Origin: Octopus sinensis
Taxonomy: Eukaryota
DNA: 64,000 bases
Direction: 5' to 3'
NCBI RefSeq assembly: GCF_006345805.1
Contig: NC_043004.1
Location: forward strand, 88,598,001-88,662,000
Shown: in pieces, positions 26,170 to 37,455 of the stretch
How the letters are laid out: every line of letters starts with the position of its first letter
Position numbering within the stretch: the first letter of the stretch is position 1
Position numbers and translations under genes: made by a program
The notes under the pieces: model-generated
Seen by the model: the letters and a program-made list of their open reading frames with translations, nothing else
Told to the model about the DNA's origin: nothing
Database searches by the model: none

Positions 26170-26563
26170 TTCTTTTACTTGTTTCAGTAATTTGACTGCG
26201 ACCATGCTGGAGCACCGCCTTTAGTCGAACAAATCGACCCCAGGATTTATTCTTTGTAAGCCTAGTACTTATTCTATCGGTCTCTTTTGCCGAACCGCTA
26301 AGTTACGAGGAGGTAAACCACCAACATCGGTTGTCGTGCAATGGTGGTGGACAAACACAGACACACATACACACAAATATATATATTTATATATATATAT
26401 ATACGACGGGATTCTTTCAGTTTCCGTTGACCAAACCCACTCACAAGGCTTTGGTCGGGCCGAGGCTATATTAGAAGACACTTGCACAAGTGCCACGCAG
26501 TGGGACTGAACCCGGAACAATATGGTTGCAAAGCAAGCTACTTACCACACAGCCGCTCCTGCG
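26170..26563 (-). mobile_element. SINE family B, full length
   Basis: Head, body and tail. Confidence 0.9.
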
Positions 26564-26589
26564 CCTATAGAAAAGAAAGTATGCAAAAG

Positions 26590-26800
26590 CAGAACAATTT
26601 GTAAAAGAAAGGAATCGCTAAAAGGAAAACAGTTACTTGGACAGTTCCACTGTGATACCAAGAATGTGAAATATCACAACTCAACATGGAAAAGACTTCG
26701 GAGTGAAATTTCAAGATAGAATCTGAGAGAACCTACACACTAATTCAGCATGCAAGACGATTTATTTCACTGCTCCAATGAACAAGCGCTGGCTATGCAG
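26590..26800 (+). mobile_element. Degenerate R4-like LINE fragment
   Basis: KRKESLKGKQLLGQFHCDT...STWKRLRS resembles the K.LHGQF...W.WL segment of R4-clade proteins. Confidence 0.45.
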
Positions 26801-27061
26801 CCAACGTATTGAAGCTGCTACGCGAAAAGAATACAAGTGTTATTAATGTTCAGGCTTATTTCAACTTACAAAGATTCTTCTGTAATAAAAAAAAATCTCT
26901 TTACAACAGTTCAGAAAATTGTATAGTCATGTACCATAAAATGGTTCTAAATGGACCTGGTAAACCAAAACTGGCCTTACATCTCTCCAGTTACGATAGA
27001 TTAACATATAAATCTCAAGGACTGGCGTTAACATTACAGATAAATCCCTCACCTCAAAAAA

Positions 27062-27590
27062 AGGCGAGCTAGCAAAATCGTTAGCACGCCGGGCGAAATG
27101 CTCAGCGGTATTACGTCTACCGTTACGTTCTGAGTTCAAATTCCGCCGAGGTCGACTTTGCCTTTCACCCTTTCGGGGTCGATAAATTAAGCACCAGTTA
27201 CGCACTGGGGTCGATGTAATCGACTTAATCCCTTTGTCTGTCCTTGTTTGTCCACTCTATGTTTAGCTCCTTCTGGGTAGTAAAGAAATAGGTATTTCGT
27301 CTGCCGCTACGTTCCGAGTTCAAATTCCGCGGAGGTCGACTTTACCTTTCATCCTTTCGGGAACGATAAATTAAGTACCAGTTATGCACTGTGGTCGATG
27401 TAATCGACTTAATCCCTTTATCTGTCCTTGTTTGTCCACTCTATGTTTAACCCCTTGTGGGTAGTAAAGAAATAGGCATTTCGTCTGCCGCTAGATCGAA
27501 TTTACCTTTCATTTGGGGTCGATAAATTAAGTACCAGTCAAGTACTGGGATCGATGTGATCGACTATCCCTCTCCCCGCTTACCCTAGCC
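27062..27590 (+). mobile_element. SINE family A tandem trimer
   Basis: Three successive body units. Confidence 0.85.
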
Positions 27591-27985
27591 GTGCCAAAGA
27601 GGCAAACGTTTTTGCAACAGCTCTACTGGACACCCTTGAATCCTTTTGATACTGTCCCTAAGCACTCAGCAATAATTCGCCCTATCTTCACCTTCTTCAT
27701 TCTACACAGTAGAGCTATTTCGTACTTAAGAGGATTGTACGTGTCTATTCTTTTTACTCAAAGATAAACACCAGATAGAGCACATGTGGTTCACCTTGTC
27801 CACTGACACTAGCAACGGCTTGTTGTCTTCAAGCACCTGGTTCGTCTGGGATGGGAAATTCCACAGGCTTTGCAGATTTCTGACTCTCTCTGGTTTATGT
27901 TCATACTACGTCTTGCCTCTCTCTAATCCCCACTTTTCATACAGTTTCCAATACAGGATTTTACCTACCTCATCGTGTCACCACA
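27585..27985 (-). mobile_element. R4/Dong-like LINE endonuclease relic
   Basis: HDEVGKILYWKL.EKWGLERGKT*YEHKPERV...LWNFP.QT...KYEIALL...CLGTVSKGF...CLFGTAR, with frameshifts. Confidence 0.75.
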
Positions 27986-28011
27986 ATTTTTATTATTATT
28001 ATTATTATTAT

Positions 28012-28569
28012 CATTGAGTGAGAGAGCAGTGCATGCCATCAAAGTGACACTGGGGTAAAATATACGAAGCCCAATATACCCATCATGACTATCCGTCTGA
28101 TAAAGGTACACCAGGCACATGCATCACAACCATATGTGCGCGACATGGTGATCTCATATCAAGATAAACAGCACATGACCTTGCAGGTGGGGCCCAGTTA
28201 GAATTTTCTTCAGGTTGAGTAGCCCATCCCGCTCAAAAGGTCCCTGAATAAGGGTTGTTTAAGGATGTTGAAAGAACCACCCATGTTTCCTGAGGTGAAT
28301 TATTCAAACCCCAAAGAATCCCTCTCAACACATGGCTATGATGCTCCCCCACTACTTCTGCTCGTGATCAGAGATGCACATATCGTCAGCCACTAAGGGA
28401 CATGCTCAACTGGTTAAGGTCAAACAACTGACAAGCAACTCTGTGGTATTGAGCAGAATATTTGCTGTAGCCCATCTTTTATACCAAGACAAACCAATGT
28501 ACATGATAACACTTCCAATCAGTTAAGATCAGAAGCCATGAGAGCCACTGCCTGGTACTGCATCAGGGC

Positions 28570-28571
<2 letters not shown>
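28012..28571 (-). mobile_element. ~560-bp unclassified non-coding element flanked by (TAA)n arrays
   Basis: Higher-GC block bounded on both sides by TAT/TAA repeats; no ORF. Confidence 0.55.
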
Positions 28572-28612
<41 letters not shown>

Positions 28613-28616
28613 GTTA

Positions 28617-28674
<58 letters not shown>

Positions 28675-28981
28675 CATTATTATTGTTGTTATTGTTATTA
28701 TTAAGGTGGAGAGCTGGCAGAATCGTTACTGCGAAATGCTTAGCGTTATTTTGCCCGTCGCTACGTTCTGAGTTCAAGTTCCTACGAGGTCGAATTTGCC
28801 TTTTATCCTTTCGGGGTCGAAATAATAAGTACCAGTTAAACACTGGGGTCAGTGTAATCGACTCATCCCCTCCCCCAAAACTGCTGCTGCTGCTGTTGTT
28901 GCTACCATCACCACCACCACCACCACCACCACCACTACTACTACTACTACTAATAATAATAATAATAATAATAATATAATG

Positions 28982-29010
<29 letters not shown>
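28572..29010. repeat. (TAT)n and compound (GCT)(CAC)(TAC)(TAA) trinucleotide arrays flanking a SINE
   Basis: Direct inspection. Confidence 0.9.
28703..28880 (+). mobile_element. SINE family A
   Basis: Head and body motifs; embedded in trinucleotide repeats. Confidence 0.85.
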
Positions 29011-29013
<3 letters not shown>

Positions 29014-29508
29014 GATGTTAATGCGTTCACAAAGGTGAGCGCAGTGATGATGTTATTGATTTGATAAAATATTGATTTTATGAGTCAAAGTTTCCAAAAT
29101 AGATTTATGCAAACCTTCCAGTTTACGAGATTCTGCATTTCTTTTTTCACGTAAAAAAAACAACCAAGTTTTCGTATTTAGTATTTCGTATTTCCGTATT
29201 TAGTGCAGAAAGAACAATGCAGCCAACAAACTGGAACCTTTTCTTTTGTTTCGTTACGTTATGTCTATATAGATGCACATAATATTTTATATATGCTTGT
29301 ATTTTTGTGTGTGTATGTCAGTCTGTCTGTCTATCTGTCTGCCTGATTTTATGTACGTATATAACCATTATAAGAATTTGTGGCTGTGTAAGTATTTGTG
29401 TTTGTGTATGCGTGTGTAGGGTGTGAAGAAATATGTAAATATATGTTTATAAATATACGTGTATATATAAATGTGTAAATATACAAAAATATAGATATAT
29501 TTTTATAC

Positions 29509-29548
<40 letters not shown>

Positions 29549-29692
29549 AAAGCAATTAAGATTCAAGTGAGCTCTGTTGAATTCACATAAATGAGGTACT
29601 TAACTTAGATGCACCAGAAATCTATATGATATTAACCATAAGATAATGCGGGGTGATTATAAACAAGAAAAAAGCAACAAAAATGGATCAAT

Positions 29693-29784
29693 ATTTCGGT
29701 ACAATTGTTTCGTACGAAGACCACCTTTATTAAGGCTGCAAATATTGCAGCAAATACACGTGACCCGTACTCATCAGCCGAAAA
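29693..29784 (-). ncRNA. Type I hammerhead ribozyme candidate (same family as 10287-10376)
   Basis: CUGAUGA (29777-29771); stem II GUACGGG/UUCGUAC; GAAA; palindromic helix III ACAAUUGU; GUA triplet; stem I UUUCGG/CCGAAA. Confidence 0.8.
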
Positions 29785-30892
29785 AACATCTGAGTTCTCA
29801 AAACATCTAAGGGGGTGAGGCTACAGTCATGAAACATCAGGGATAGTTCTATAAAAATCAGATTTAGATGATAAACGGACTTCCAAAGTTCTTTAATGTT
29901 GCACAGTCAAATAACAGGCTTTAAAAAAAGGATTTTTAAAAACCTCTTAGTTTCACAGAAATTGAAAATGTAAATCCATCCATAATAATGAAGTAGGTTT
30001 GAATTCTGGAGATATGAGGAGAGATTTCATACTCACAGACGATGTATTTATCCATAATTAGTTCATAGTAAAGTGGGTTTCCTGATGTATGATGGTATGC
30101 TGGTTGCATTTCTGATCATTTCTCAAAACTGCTATGTTAGAATAAGTTGAAGGAAATTTAGTGGAGCGTAGAGACAATCACTCACATAGGGTATAATGGG
30201 GTAACTGAGAGGAAATGGGGTTGTAAATATCCAACTACGCAGATTAGTTTATTTCAGTGGAGACAAACTGACTGGGTCAGAATTTGTAAGAATCTAAGAG
30301 TTTTAAAAAGGAATGCTAATCTTGACCAGTATTCCGTTGTTAATTGCTATATAAAGAGGACACGGGAAGGTAAAGGCGGGTCAAAGGTTGTCACTATAGG
30401 AAAAAGCATTAACAGATTTCAGTGCAACACTAGAAAGGAGGTCATTCAATTTATTTGTTTATTTATTAATGTTACTACTTATACATTGGCAGACTTTGGG
30501 ACTACATTTAGGGGTCAAAAGAAAGAATTGGGAGTATTGTTTTCCATAATGAAAAATCGTTATATTATTTCTATGGGATTAGCTTTAATTTACTTATAGT
30601 ATATAAAAGAATTACGAAGTTTTATTAACTTATTTGCTTTAAGTTGGTTTACCTAAATTAGAAAAAATTTAGATTAAATTAATTTAAATTATCTATATAG
30701 CCTATTAAAATGAAAATTTTTTAGCAACTAATTTATTTCTTTATGTTCCAAATCTGGTACATTTAGAGAGAAAATAACTATAGCTTATGAGCTTGCAGCT
30801 ATCTATTTAAAATATATAATATATAAGAGTATTGCTTTATTATTATAATAAGCAAGATAGACAAATCACAAAATGGTTTTTATATATGGTTA

Positions 30893-31241
30893 TCATATAA
30901 AAAATTTTAGAGTCTTAATTCTAGCGTGAATACAAGAGTGACCCAATTCTATACGGTTATTCAATAAGTCATCCTTTCTTCTGTGCATTAGTATTTCAAA
31001 TGCTTCCATGGAGCAAAGTTGGCAACCAACTCTGTTATTTTTATAAGGCATCGCTCTTCTAACTAATTCCCAATTAAGGTTATATTTAATATTATTGTTT
31101 TTGAGTTCCCAGATCTTACATGAAAGTGTAATGCTATCAGCTTTATGACGTAATTTGAAAGAAGAGAGATGGTTGCTAAGACGTTTTTTAAAATTTATAG
31201 TACACCCTAAATAAATAAATTTGTTATTCTCTGTAGTTATG

Positions 31242-31249
<8 letters not shown>
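30893..31249 (-). pseudogene. Penelope-like element GIY-YIG endonuclease ORF fragment (no ATG, 5'-truncated)
   Basis: Uninterrupted 118-codon frame IYTITTENNKFIYLGCTINFKKRLSNHLSSFK...KIWELKNNNIKYNLNWELVRRAMPY...GCQLCSMEAFEIL...LLNNRIELGHSCIH...FFI*. It has IY...YLG-T..F..R...H and the C-terminal CxLC/C-H pattern typical of PLE endonucleases. Confidence 0.85.
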
Positions 31250-31303
<54 letters not shown>

Positions 31304-31469
31304 TAAAACTTAATATATAATATATATATATAATATAATATATATATATATATATTAAACTTAAATGTTGAAGTGAACTGAACGGCTTTTGTGTGTTTCT
31401 TAAATGGCTTACAAACACCTATATATTATATTATATTATATTGTATATAGTATATAACTGAAAAGTTAT

Positions 31470-31514
<45 letters not shown>

Positions 31515-31670
31515 CTTAAATATATAATATATATATAAATATAATATAATATATATATATATTAACTTAAATGTTGAAGTGAACTGAACGGCTTTTGTGT
31601 GTTTCTTAAATGGCTTACAAACACCTATATATTATATTATATTATATTGTATATAGTATATAACTGAAAA
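31236..31670. repeat. Tandem duplication (229 bp + 206 bp)
   Basis: Non-microsatellite parts are identical; only the TA-run lengths differ. Confidence 0.9.
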
Positions 31671-32349
31671 GATAACATTACACTACACTCATTAATTTTC
31701 TTTTGCTTCGTGGTACACAGAACTCAAATACAAACTTCTTATACATGCATACATACATATATTCATGCATACATGCACACATATATTCATACATACATAC
31801 ATACATACATACATACATACATACATACATACATACATACATACATACATACATACATACATACTAACAAAAATATCCTGCTGTTGATGTTAAAATTCCA
31901 ATGGAGTCTTGGATAGAAGCATTCGATATTTTTTTTAAATCATATTTTTATAATGAGCTATTATTAGGGTTTGTATAAAAAAAATATTAAAATATTTTGT
32001 ATATTTTAGAAATATTACCAATTTAGTGCAAACCGACTTCAACAAAAACAAAAAGAAATCTTATTTGGACCCTAATTAAGAACCACTGATATAAATGAAC
32101 ATTTTACACAGTCGTTTTAAAAGTATATGATTTGCTAGTATATATATCACCACTACTAATCTCAGATTTCTTCTTATGTGTGAGCTTTCTCAACATATAT
32201 ATTTTAGCCTTACCTTGCAGTTCTGGGTTTGCACGTTCAGCACATTGAGTTCTAAGGTTTGTACATGTGCGAAACCATCAGCGATGCATTTCAATGTTTG
32301 AATAAGAAATTTCGAGAGACAGAAAAGTCTTTCCATTTATCATTACTGC

Positions 32350-32830
32350 TTTGTTGCTGCTGCTGTTGTTGTTGTTGTTGTTGTTGTTGCTGTTGTTTTT
32401 GTTGTTGTTTTCGTTGCTGACGTTAAGCCTGTTTTGCTCGAACTCGTTGCATGTTTGAAGTATTAATTCGTTTCATCGTCACTGCAACATACGTCAGCAT
32501 CCCGACCGTTATTATACATCAGTGTCATGATCACAGCCATCTTCATCATCATCACCACCACCACCACCACCACCATCACTATTATCATCATCGTTTATTT
32601 ATCATCATTATCTTCATCATTATCGTCATCACGATCATCATCATCATCATCACCATCACCACCACCACCATCATCATCATTTATTTATCATCATTCTCTT
32701 CATCATCACCGTCATCATCACAATCATCACCACCGCCATCTTCATCGCTACCACAGTCACTGTCATTATCATCTGCATAACCATCATTATCATCACCACT
32801 ACCACCACCACCACCGCCACCAACACCAAC
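32350..32830. repeat. (TGT)n and degenerate (CAT/CAC)n trinucleotide arrays
   Basis: Direct inspection. Confidence 0.9.
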
Positions 32831-33163
32831 ACCAAATTTCACCTTCTTTACGCATTACCGTTTCACAACGTAGATTTATCGTGACAGATTTTCTTTTTCA
32901 AGTATTCCTTTTTCTATTATAAACAACTGTTCTTTGTGCAATTTGGCATCAAACACGCACATTAATGCTAACACACACTCACATTCAAACACACATAGAC
33001 ACACACACACAAATCTCATACGCACATATTGACGTACAGACATGCAGCAATAAGCGCGCTTACATACAGCGTCACTTCTACCTTCTATTATTTGTATCAT
33101 AAATTATATATATATATATATAAGTAAATGAAAGAATGGAGTTGAACGACTAGTTAACAAATA

Positions 33164-33260
33164 TCCTTTATTCTCGACATATGTTTCGAAGACTGCATAT
33201 TCCTAATGCCGAAGGAATAAGGAGTACATTATGCAGATTTCTCATCAGGAAAATCAAGGA
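33164..33260 (-). ncRNA. Type I hammerhead ribozyme candidate (left arm of inverted repeat)
   Basis: Reverse-complement copy of 33481-33577 with intact CUGAUGA, GAAA and ACAUAUGU-C. Confidence 0.8.
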
Positions 33261-33480
33261 ACATATGTCGACATCAAAATGCACAAAAAACTTTTAGCTG
33301 ACCGCTCTCAAGGAGCCCATGGCGATAATGAGTGTCTCTTGAACCTTTAGAAATTTCTAGATTCTTCTACATTCAGCCACTCTGACGTCACTCATTATAA
33401 AGAGACACTCATTATCGCCATGGGCTCCTTGAGAGCGGTCAGCTAAAGGTTTTTTTGTGCATTTGGATGTCGACATAAGT

Positions 33481-33577
33481 TCCTTGATTTTCCTGATGAG
33501 AAATCTGCATAATGTACTCCTTATTCCTTCGGAATTAGGAATATGCAGCCTTCGAAACATATGTCGAGAATAAAGGA
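33481..33577 (+). ncRNA. Type I hammerhead ribozyme candidate (right arm of inverted repeat)
   Basis: Stem I UCCUUGAUUUUC/GAGAAUAAAGGA (11 of 12 positions pair); CUGAUGA 33493-33499; stem II GAA/UUC, CUGCAUA/UAUGCAG, UCCU/AGGA; GAAA 33554-33557; helix III ACAUAUGU; GUC, cleavage predicted after 33565. Confidence 0.85.
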
Positions 33578-33777
33578 TATTTGTTAACTAGTCGTTCAAC
33601 TCCATTCTTTCATTTACTTATAATTTTAGAATAAACGTACAAATTTCCGCACGGAGACACGTAGTCTATGCCCTAGGGACGTAGCTTCAACCGTGTTCTT
33701 TCTGATGTGAATTTGCTACCCAGGTATCGGTTATCTTTCGAACTATCCTTAATAAGATAATTCATTTAATTACTCAA

Positions 33778-33822
<45 letters not shown>

Positions 33823-33834
33823 GTGTGTGTCTGT

Positions 33835-34020
33835 GTCTGTGTTTGTCCCCCCCAACATCGTTTGACAACTGATGCTGGTGTGTTTACGTCCTCGTAACTT
33901 AGCGTTCGATATAATAAGTACTAGGCTTACAAAGAATAAGTCCTGGGGTCAATTTGCTCGACTAAAGGCGGTACTCCAGCATTGCCGCAGTCAAATGACT
34001 GAAACAATTAAAAGAATAAA
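33835..34020 (+). mobile_element. SINE family B 3' half
   Basis: Tail motif. Confidence 0.8.
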
Positions 34021-34122
34021 GATATATATATACATATATATGAATGTGTATGTGTTTCTGTACGTGTACATGTGTATATATGTGTGTGTGTGGATATATA
34101 TGTGTATGCATATATCATATAT

Positions 34123-34157
<35 letters not shown>

Positions 34158-34744
34158 TGCGTGTATACACACAACCCTTTACGCGTATACATACGTACCT
34201 ATATATAAATATACCAAAATATTTATACAGGCATAAATATATTCACATCCATGTACATCATGTTAAATATTTCCACAATATATACATATTAATTACTATA
34301 TTTACATAATAAGTGCGTATATAAATTATGCATACATACACACACACACACACACACATACGTACATACATATACGTATAAACACATATTTACACGTAGC
34401 TAATGTTATGTTTACATGTGTTAATGTTTGGTATGGTAATATAAGCCTATTTATACATATTTCAGTTTTAACATTTTCAATAATCAGTTTTTATTTCATT
34501 CACTATTTTTTTTTCAGATATAAAAAATAAAAGCTTAACCAATCTCTTTAAATAAAAATGAAACAAACACCGGTTCATCTTCTTCTAATGTAAGTTTCTT
34601 TTTTATAATCTTTTTAATTATTTTATACTTATTCGACAAAACGTTATATTCGTACCATTATCTATAAACCTGTGTTGATATCTGATAAATTACCTATGTT
34701 ATTGCTATAGACGTTATATTGTACTTTTATGTATATCTACTTTT

Positions 34745-34925
34745 TTATCTTTTACTTGTTTCAGTCATTAGACTGTGGGGCCATGCTGGAATAACATGCT
34801 GGAAGAATTTTTTTTGACAAATGAAACGACCACAGTCCATTTTAGTTAGCCTGTCGTGTTTTTTTTTTTTTTGCCGAATATCTCAGTTACGGGGACGTAA
34901 ACACACCAACACCAGTGGTCAAGTG
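34745..34925 (-). mobile_element. SINE family B 3' half
   Basis: Tail motif. Confidence 0.7.
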
Positions 34926-34942
34926 GTTTTATACAAAAATGT

Positions 34943-35037
34943 TGTTGACAGTGATTTCGAAGTCTCAGCCAGCTAAAACATCATCGGACTGCCTGACGAT
35001 GGTTTAGCTGGTTGAAACTTGGAATTCACTGTCAACA
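34943..35037. repeat. Inverted repeat, 45-bp arms, 5-bp spacer
   Basis: 38 of 45 positions match. Confidence 0.8.
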
Positions 35038-35182
35038 TTCTTGTATTAGAATATTAAATTTGTACTCTACAAAAATATTGAGTATCCCATCAGATAAATG
35101 TATAAATGTATAATTGTTTTTATTATAGCTGAACAGGAAAACAAAATTATATATGTATGAATACATACATACATATATGTGA

Positions 35183-35216
<34 letters not shown>

Positions 35217-35224
<8 letters not shown>

Positions 35225-35507
35225 AGTGAATTGAAGAAATGGAGTTGAACGAAGATTGAACAGAAATTGTTTATTGCATTCTACACGTGTTTCGAAAGCC
35301 ACATTTACCAAATTCCGATTGAATAAGGAGACCATATTGTGTCTTTCCAACGGATTTCCTATTTCCTCCTGAAGAGAAAGACACAATATGGTCTCCTTAT
35401 TCAATCGGAATTTGGTAAATTGTGGCTTTCGAAACACGTGTAGAATGCAATAAAACGATTTCTGTTCATCTTCGTTCAACTCCATTTCTTCAATTCACTA
35501 ATAATAT
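35217..35507. repeat. Inverted repeat, ~130-bp arms, 28-bp spacer
   Basis: 35217-35347 vs 35376-35507. Confidence 0.95.
35357..35452 (+). ncRNA. Type I hammerhead ribozyme candidate
   Basis: CUGAAGA 35369-35375; stem II GAAAG/CUUUC plus CACAAU/AUUGUG; GAAA 35431-35434; helix III ACACGUGU; GUA triplet (after 35442). Stem I is weak (UC/GA, internal loop, UAUU/AAUA). Confidence 0.7.
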
Positions 35508-35654
35508 TAAAATTCAATTATCCGCACCACGCATGGTTGCAACACCATATGGTTGTACCTCCAACCGTGCTGTCTTCTGCTGTGATTTTTGCTACCAAGG
35601 TATCGGTTAAACTTTTGATTAATCTGCAACAAGATTATTCATCTTTCTATTTCA

Positions 35655-35693
<39 letters not shown>

Positions 35694-35783
35694 ATGAGGG
35701 TGAAAAATTTGATATTAATTTAATAATACCATCAATTTAACACCAAGTGGCTTAGCACATAAAAACCAGGGAGACAATACAAG

Positions 35784-36328
35784 TTTATACATAAATATAA
35801 GAGAGTGACCACTATGTGGTTAACTCTAGTGCTAAAAATAGCTCCGATACTGGTATAGCCACAAAAAGATGTTTCCAAGAAGAAATAACATTACATTTAA
35901 CGTAAGGAAAGTGAAATATAACGAACAAATAGATTAAATTTATAAATTTAATTATACTGCAGTAAATATTTTATGCAGTATTCGTTTCCATTGAGTCTTA
36001 TCATGCTTTTGGCGGGGGAATTTGAATCACAACTACGAATGCAATCGATTAAACCACAGGTGTATTTGACGCTCGTGAAGGTCTAATAAATTGTATTTAA
36101 GACAAACCTCTGCCGATGACTTATAGAAGTTGTGTAAGTAAAATTACATATTACATTAGTAATGAAACAATTGTTCAGGGTTAATCTATTTTTTCGTTAT
36201 ATTTCACTTTCCTTACGTTAAATGTAATGTTATTTCTTCATGGAAACATCTTTTTGTGGCTATACCAGTATCGGAGCTATTTTTAGCACTAGAGTTAACC
36301 ACATAGTGGTCACTCTCTTATATTTATG

Positions 36329-36334
<6 letters not shown>
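35784..36334. repeat. Inverted repeat, 154-bp arms, 243-bp spacer
   Basis: 35784-35937 vs 36181-36334; 2 mismatches seen, no indel. Confidence 0.95.
36108..36180 (+). ncRNA. Decayed hammerhead (CCGAUGA core)
   Basis: Stem I CUCUG/CAGGG; core with U4>C; GAAA; ACAAUUGU; GUU triplet. Confidence 0.5.
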
Positions 36335-36361
<27 letters not shown>

Positions 36362-36374
36362 CATATATATATAT

Positions 36375-36625
36375 AGCCGTGAGCCGATCAGTGACTTGTG
36401 AATGGATTTGATTTTGTAGGCGGAAACTGAAAGAAGCCAGTCGAATATGTGAGTATGTGTCCTACTCGTGTTGGTGTGTTTATGTGCCCGTAACGTGCCA
36501 GTTCGGCAAAAAGCGACCGATAGAATAAGTACCAAGCTTAAAAAACTACTGGTGATGATTCATTCGACTAAAATTTCTCCACGGTGGTGTTCCAGCATGG
36601 CCGCAGTCAAATGACTGAAACAGAT
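36375..36625 (+). mobile_element. SINE family B, headless
   Basis: Body and tail motifs. Confidence 0.75.
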
Positions 36626-37097
36626 ATAAAATACAAGATAAAAGAAACTGGTGTATCAGTTATATACGTGTATATGAATGGCTACGGATACTACTGCTTA
36701 TGGAGAGATATATGAATAACGAAGTTGTAAAAAGATTGGCAAAAACAGGGTGAAACAGGATAAATCATTGTACATGTACTTATGAGAGAAAAACTGTGTT
36801 ATGTAACCAGAATAGCTATCTACATTTCACAGAGAAGCAAGAATGTTTGTTTACTAAAAATACATAATCATGAATTTACCTGACATCATTAGCGTTGATG
36901 CATATTGTGTGGAGAGGAATAAAAATTACATGGAAAAATAACAACAGCTGCCATAACAGCGTTATTTGATAATGATAAGAATAAATGGATTACGTCGAAT
37001 CTTGAGTCAACGTGAGTAAATGTTTAGTGTAAAAATTAATTCAATAAAGACAATAGAACAGTCAACAAATACGACAGACAGGTTGCGAGAATATAGA

Positions 37098-37147
<50 letters not shown>

Positions 37148-37236
37148 GTGAGTGAGTGCGTGTGTTGAGGCTTCAAAAAGTAGAAAAGCATTTGCTCAGA
37201 TAATGCTATAATAAAACCATAATCCTGATCGAAGTA

Positions 37237-37281
<45 letters not shown>

Positions 37282-37309
37282 ATATATATATATCTATATA
37301 TATGCATAC

Positions 37310-37341
<32 letters not shown>

Positions 37342-37455
37342 GTATATATACACAGACATGCAGAAAGTAAATAGACAACCTTTAATTTTCGAAATCTTTT
37401 ATTTAATACGCAAAGCGATCAATTGAAATATAATCGAAAGGCAGGACTACATACT

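Larger units (their letters stand above)
29545..31250 (-). mobile_element. 5'-truncated Penelope-like retroelement (EN ORF end plus 3' region carrying a hammerhead), between TA microsatellites
   Basis: GIY-YIG ORF and a same-strand hammerhead about 1.1 kb downstream; both ends run into (TA)n. The outer boundaries are approximate. Confidence 0.6.
33119..33622. repeat. Inverted repeat, ~222-bp arms, 59-bp spacer
   Basis: 33119-33340 vs 33400-33622; about 5 substitutions and 1 indel by eye. Confidence 0.95.

Noticed and set aside
28500-28571. 5S rRNA or U2 snRNA similarity (GATCAGAAGC...GCCTGGTACTGCAT)
   Set aside because: Only scattered short matches, at an unexpected position and without the full secondary structure.
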